Source: Mobula hypostoma (lineage: Eukaryota). Taken from it: a DNA stretch of 64,000 nt. The position numbers were made by a program, and so were the translations under genes. The stretch lies in assembly GCF_963921235.1 (NCBI RefSeq), contig NC_086108.1, forward strand, positions 31,994,001-32,058,000, in the 5' to 3' direction. Shown piece by piece: positions 62,201 to 64,000 of the stretch. The notes beneath the pieces were generated by a model. That model ran no database searches. It worked only from the letters and a program-made list of their open reading frames with translations, and was not told where the DNA came from. Numbering within the stretch: the first letter of the stretch is position 1; the number at the start of each line of letters is the position of its first letter.

Positions 62201-62833
62201 CCCGCGGGAATCGATCAGCGGGCCGTGTCGTCGTGCACTCCGGGTCGGGCCGAGTAACGGGGGAGGATCCGCTGCCACTTCCAGCTGCCAGGGGCCCAGG
62301 CTCTCGATTGGGTTGGGCCCCAAAGCTGACACTTAATCCTGATGGCCGGGCTCCTTGCTGAAGCAAGTCCTTAAGCCGAGTCATGGTTGTGGAGGCCTCT
62401 GCTCCAGCCGAGCCTCGGGCTCAATTTCCAAGGTCGGCTTCAGAGGCCTCACTTCCGGCAGCTGTGGATGGCCGCCAATGGGGCTTTACGGTGGTCGCTC
62501 CAGGGAAGCGTCTGGGGCACCTTGAGGTCTCTGCTGTCACTTCTATGTGGTTGTCTGTTCCAGGCCGTGTCTCCAAGTGCTCTGGCACGGTAGCAGACCG
62601 CGGGTCTCCTAGAATGTGTTTGGCCTCGTTGGTCGGGTCCAGGTGCTGTCCGGAGTTTAAGAAGCAGTTCTGGCATGGTGGTCTCCAGCTGGGTCAGTTG
62701 CTTCGCCAGGGTGTTGTTGATCTTGATCTTGCGAAATTGGAGGTATAGAAGGGTTTCTCGGGTATAGGATAGTGGAGAGGGCAGTTTGCTTGGGAAAGCA
62801 CACGCAAAGTCGCCAGTTAACAGTGCCATCTCT
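59229..62833 (-). mobile_element. Near full-length, young Rex1/Babar-clade LINE (APE endonuclease plus RT)
   Basis: 785-aa ORF 59536..61893, extended upstream in frame (RKRGKRAGLLVRL..PTILLANVQAIENK..C*VFCFTETWL); motifs [39 protein letters not shown]; 5' end agatggc; AATAAA at ~59241. Confidence 0.95.
59536..61893 (-). CDS. LINE endonuclease/reverse transcriptase ORF (largest ORF in the window; truncated by nearby lesions)
   Basis: Uninterrupted 785 aa; in-frame TGA at 61963-61965 upstream; frameshift near 59545 (the true C-terminus RSLKTRTARFGNSFFPTVIRLLN lies in ORF 59468..59785). Confidence 0.9.
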   Translation of the reverse strand: MIHRMDHMASLGKTRGGGVCLLINTAWCSDTVALTSSCSPDLEHLSVKCRPYYLPREFTSVILTAVYIPPQADVECALNILYANISELETRYPEALLITAGDLNQANLRKMQPKLYQHVSCPTRGPNILDHCYRAVKDAYCSVPRPHFGKSDHQAVLLLLAYKQKLKQEVTVSKVVSRWMEETDEVLRDCFESVDLLVFKDLAANLDEYASAVTDFIWKCTEDCVSRKMIWVFPNWKPWMNYEVKSLLKPKAAAFRSGDTSRYMESRRELRKAIKGAKRRYRAKLEAQANQRDTGRLWQGLNEITGRKEKAGNINNYGTSLPDELNVFLTRFEQKRTHPLPPDELDLVASRFIVTEEDVRRAFLKINPRKAMGPDGVPGRAVRACASELTDIFNCSLLQSKIPSCFKKATIIPVPKKSKVACLNDYRTVALTSIAMKCFERLVMAHINHSLSVNLDALQFAYQSNRSMVDAISLALHSSLEHLENKDTIVRLLFIDYSSAFNTILPSKLIPKLQNLCLSTQICSWIFSFLTDRTQAVKIGDKLSSTITLSTGAPQGCVLSPLLYSLYTHDCVAKFPSNSIYKFADDTTIVGRISGNVEFEYREEIKNLVTWCEDNNLSLNVSKTKELVIDFRRSSGPHDPIYASGAQVEQVKSFKFLRVNITNDLTWSNQAEFTAKKAQQHLYFLRKLKKFGLSPKTLTNFYRCTVESILLGCITTWYGSCPVQDRKNLQKIVNTAQHITQTNLPSMDSLYTTRCQSSAARIIKDMTHPANTLFVPLPSGRRSGA

Positions 62834-62902
62834 AAGGAGGGGGAATACATTCAGCCTTTTTCCCAGATTTGGGTTATCAAGAACCAGAGGGCTAGATTTA
62901 TG

Positions 62903-64000
62903 GCAGTGGTTCCCAAATTTTTTTGGGTTACTAGCCCTTTGGCTCCCAAAGCATATCCTCTCCTTTTCTGGTCATTACATAAAACTATGAAGAATTTTGA
63001 TCTACGATGCACAGTGAAAGAAAATAGTAACTACAAATTCAAGGCAGTGACAAATAATTGCAAAACCTTTTCAAATCTATTTAACAATACAAATAATTTT
63101 GTTCATTTAATTACAGTTAAAACAATTTTCATCAACAATTTTAGTGTGTACATTCGTAGTCCAACTATTCACTTCATTGCTTTTAAACCTTTCAATGAGA
63201 TGGATGGGCTTGGTGCAGTGATATCAGCTTCTCAACATCAGGTTGAATATCACTCAGAAGAAGCCTCAGATTCCTACATTTAGTAATTTGTGGTCTGTTT
63301 CATTGTTTTGAAAGAATTGGGTGATTACACCAAAACTGTGCTCCACTAAATATGATTTTGGAAAGGCATTAAAGAACATCGTGTTATTTTTCAACAGTGT
63401 ACAATAATGTTCAGAGATTTATTTCTGAAACCAAAGGTCTTTATGATTTTCTGAGCTTCAGCTCAGGCATTTTGTACCAAGATCAGTTTTGCCTTCATCC
63501 TTCCTGTTAATTCCTCATTACAAGTGTTCAGGAATGGATTTATTACCCAATCTGGAATTAGGATCAAGAGAAGATTCTGAAATCTTTATTCAGCTCACCC
63601 AGGTGGGCACAGTATACTTGAAGATCATCATCTGGTATTCTTTCTTTCTCTTCCAACTCAGAGGCTCGGAAATTTGAAAAGGTCACGATCGCCAATGTTG
63701 AACTTAAATAGGGTTAACTTGGACAGAAATGTGGAGACAACTGATTTGACTTTGATAAAATTCACATTATTTCCTTGCAATTGAAGATGATTCCATTAAA
63801 CTTTGTTGTGACCAATAAGCAATGTCATGCCTAATATTCTTGAATGGATTACTGAATGAAGTGTTTCTTCAAAGAATTTTATCAGTTTGAAACAGCACAT
63901 AAGGCTGTTTCTTTTTGAGAGCCACCTGACTTCTGTGTGTAATAGCATGCATCCAAACTGATCAACATTCTCAATACAAAGTTCCCAAAATAGTTGAGAA
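62903..64000 (-). mobile_element. hAT Charlie/Buster-type DNA transposon remnant running off the window
   Basis: TIR-like cagtggttcccaaa at 62903; the minus strand gives MPFPKSYLVEHSFGVITQF (hAT dimerisation-domain PFPS.YL.E..FS motif) with frameshifts. Confidence 0.75.

Noticed and set aside
62786..63283. 165-aa plus-strand ORF
   Set aside because: It spans the junctions of a Rex1 5' end, a CR1 remnant and a hAT end; no coherent protein.

Overview
AT-rich, repeat-dense vertebrate genomic DNA. It is most likely from a cartilaginous fish (probably a ray), because HER1-type CR1 LINE tails, HE1/V-SINE-like SINEs, Rex1/Babar LINEs and Penelope remnants are abundant. The only host gene supported is the 3' half of a classical dynamin on the minus strand, most similar to DNM3. 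It has five GT-AG exons in consistent phase: 56169-56060 and 44416-44305 (PH domain), 34659-34495 and 31623-31397 (stalk/GED), and 30538-30323 (a strongly eroded proline-rich domain). The rest is intronic or intergenic sequence full of transposons: a near-intact ~3.6 kb Rex1/Babar LINE, many CR1 and Rex1 fragments (several nested), an RTE LINE and two RTE-derived short elements with clear target-site duplications (TSDs), two decayed Tc1 transposons, three Tc1/mariner MITEs with compound palindromic ends, hAT-Charlie and Chapaev3 remnants, and Penelope fragments. One Penelope fragment keeps a recognisable minimal hammerhead ribozyme. Almost all ORFs in the supplied track are TE fragments or chance ORFs. 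No CRISPR array, rRNA or tRNA gene, or clearly novel multi-gene system was seen. TE family names come from motif recognition, not database searches, and boundaries without a TSD or terminal inverted repeat (TIR) are approximate.
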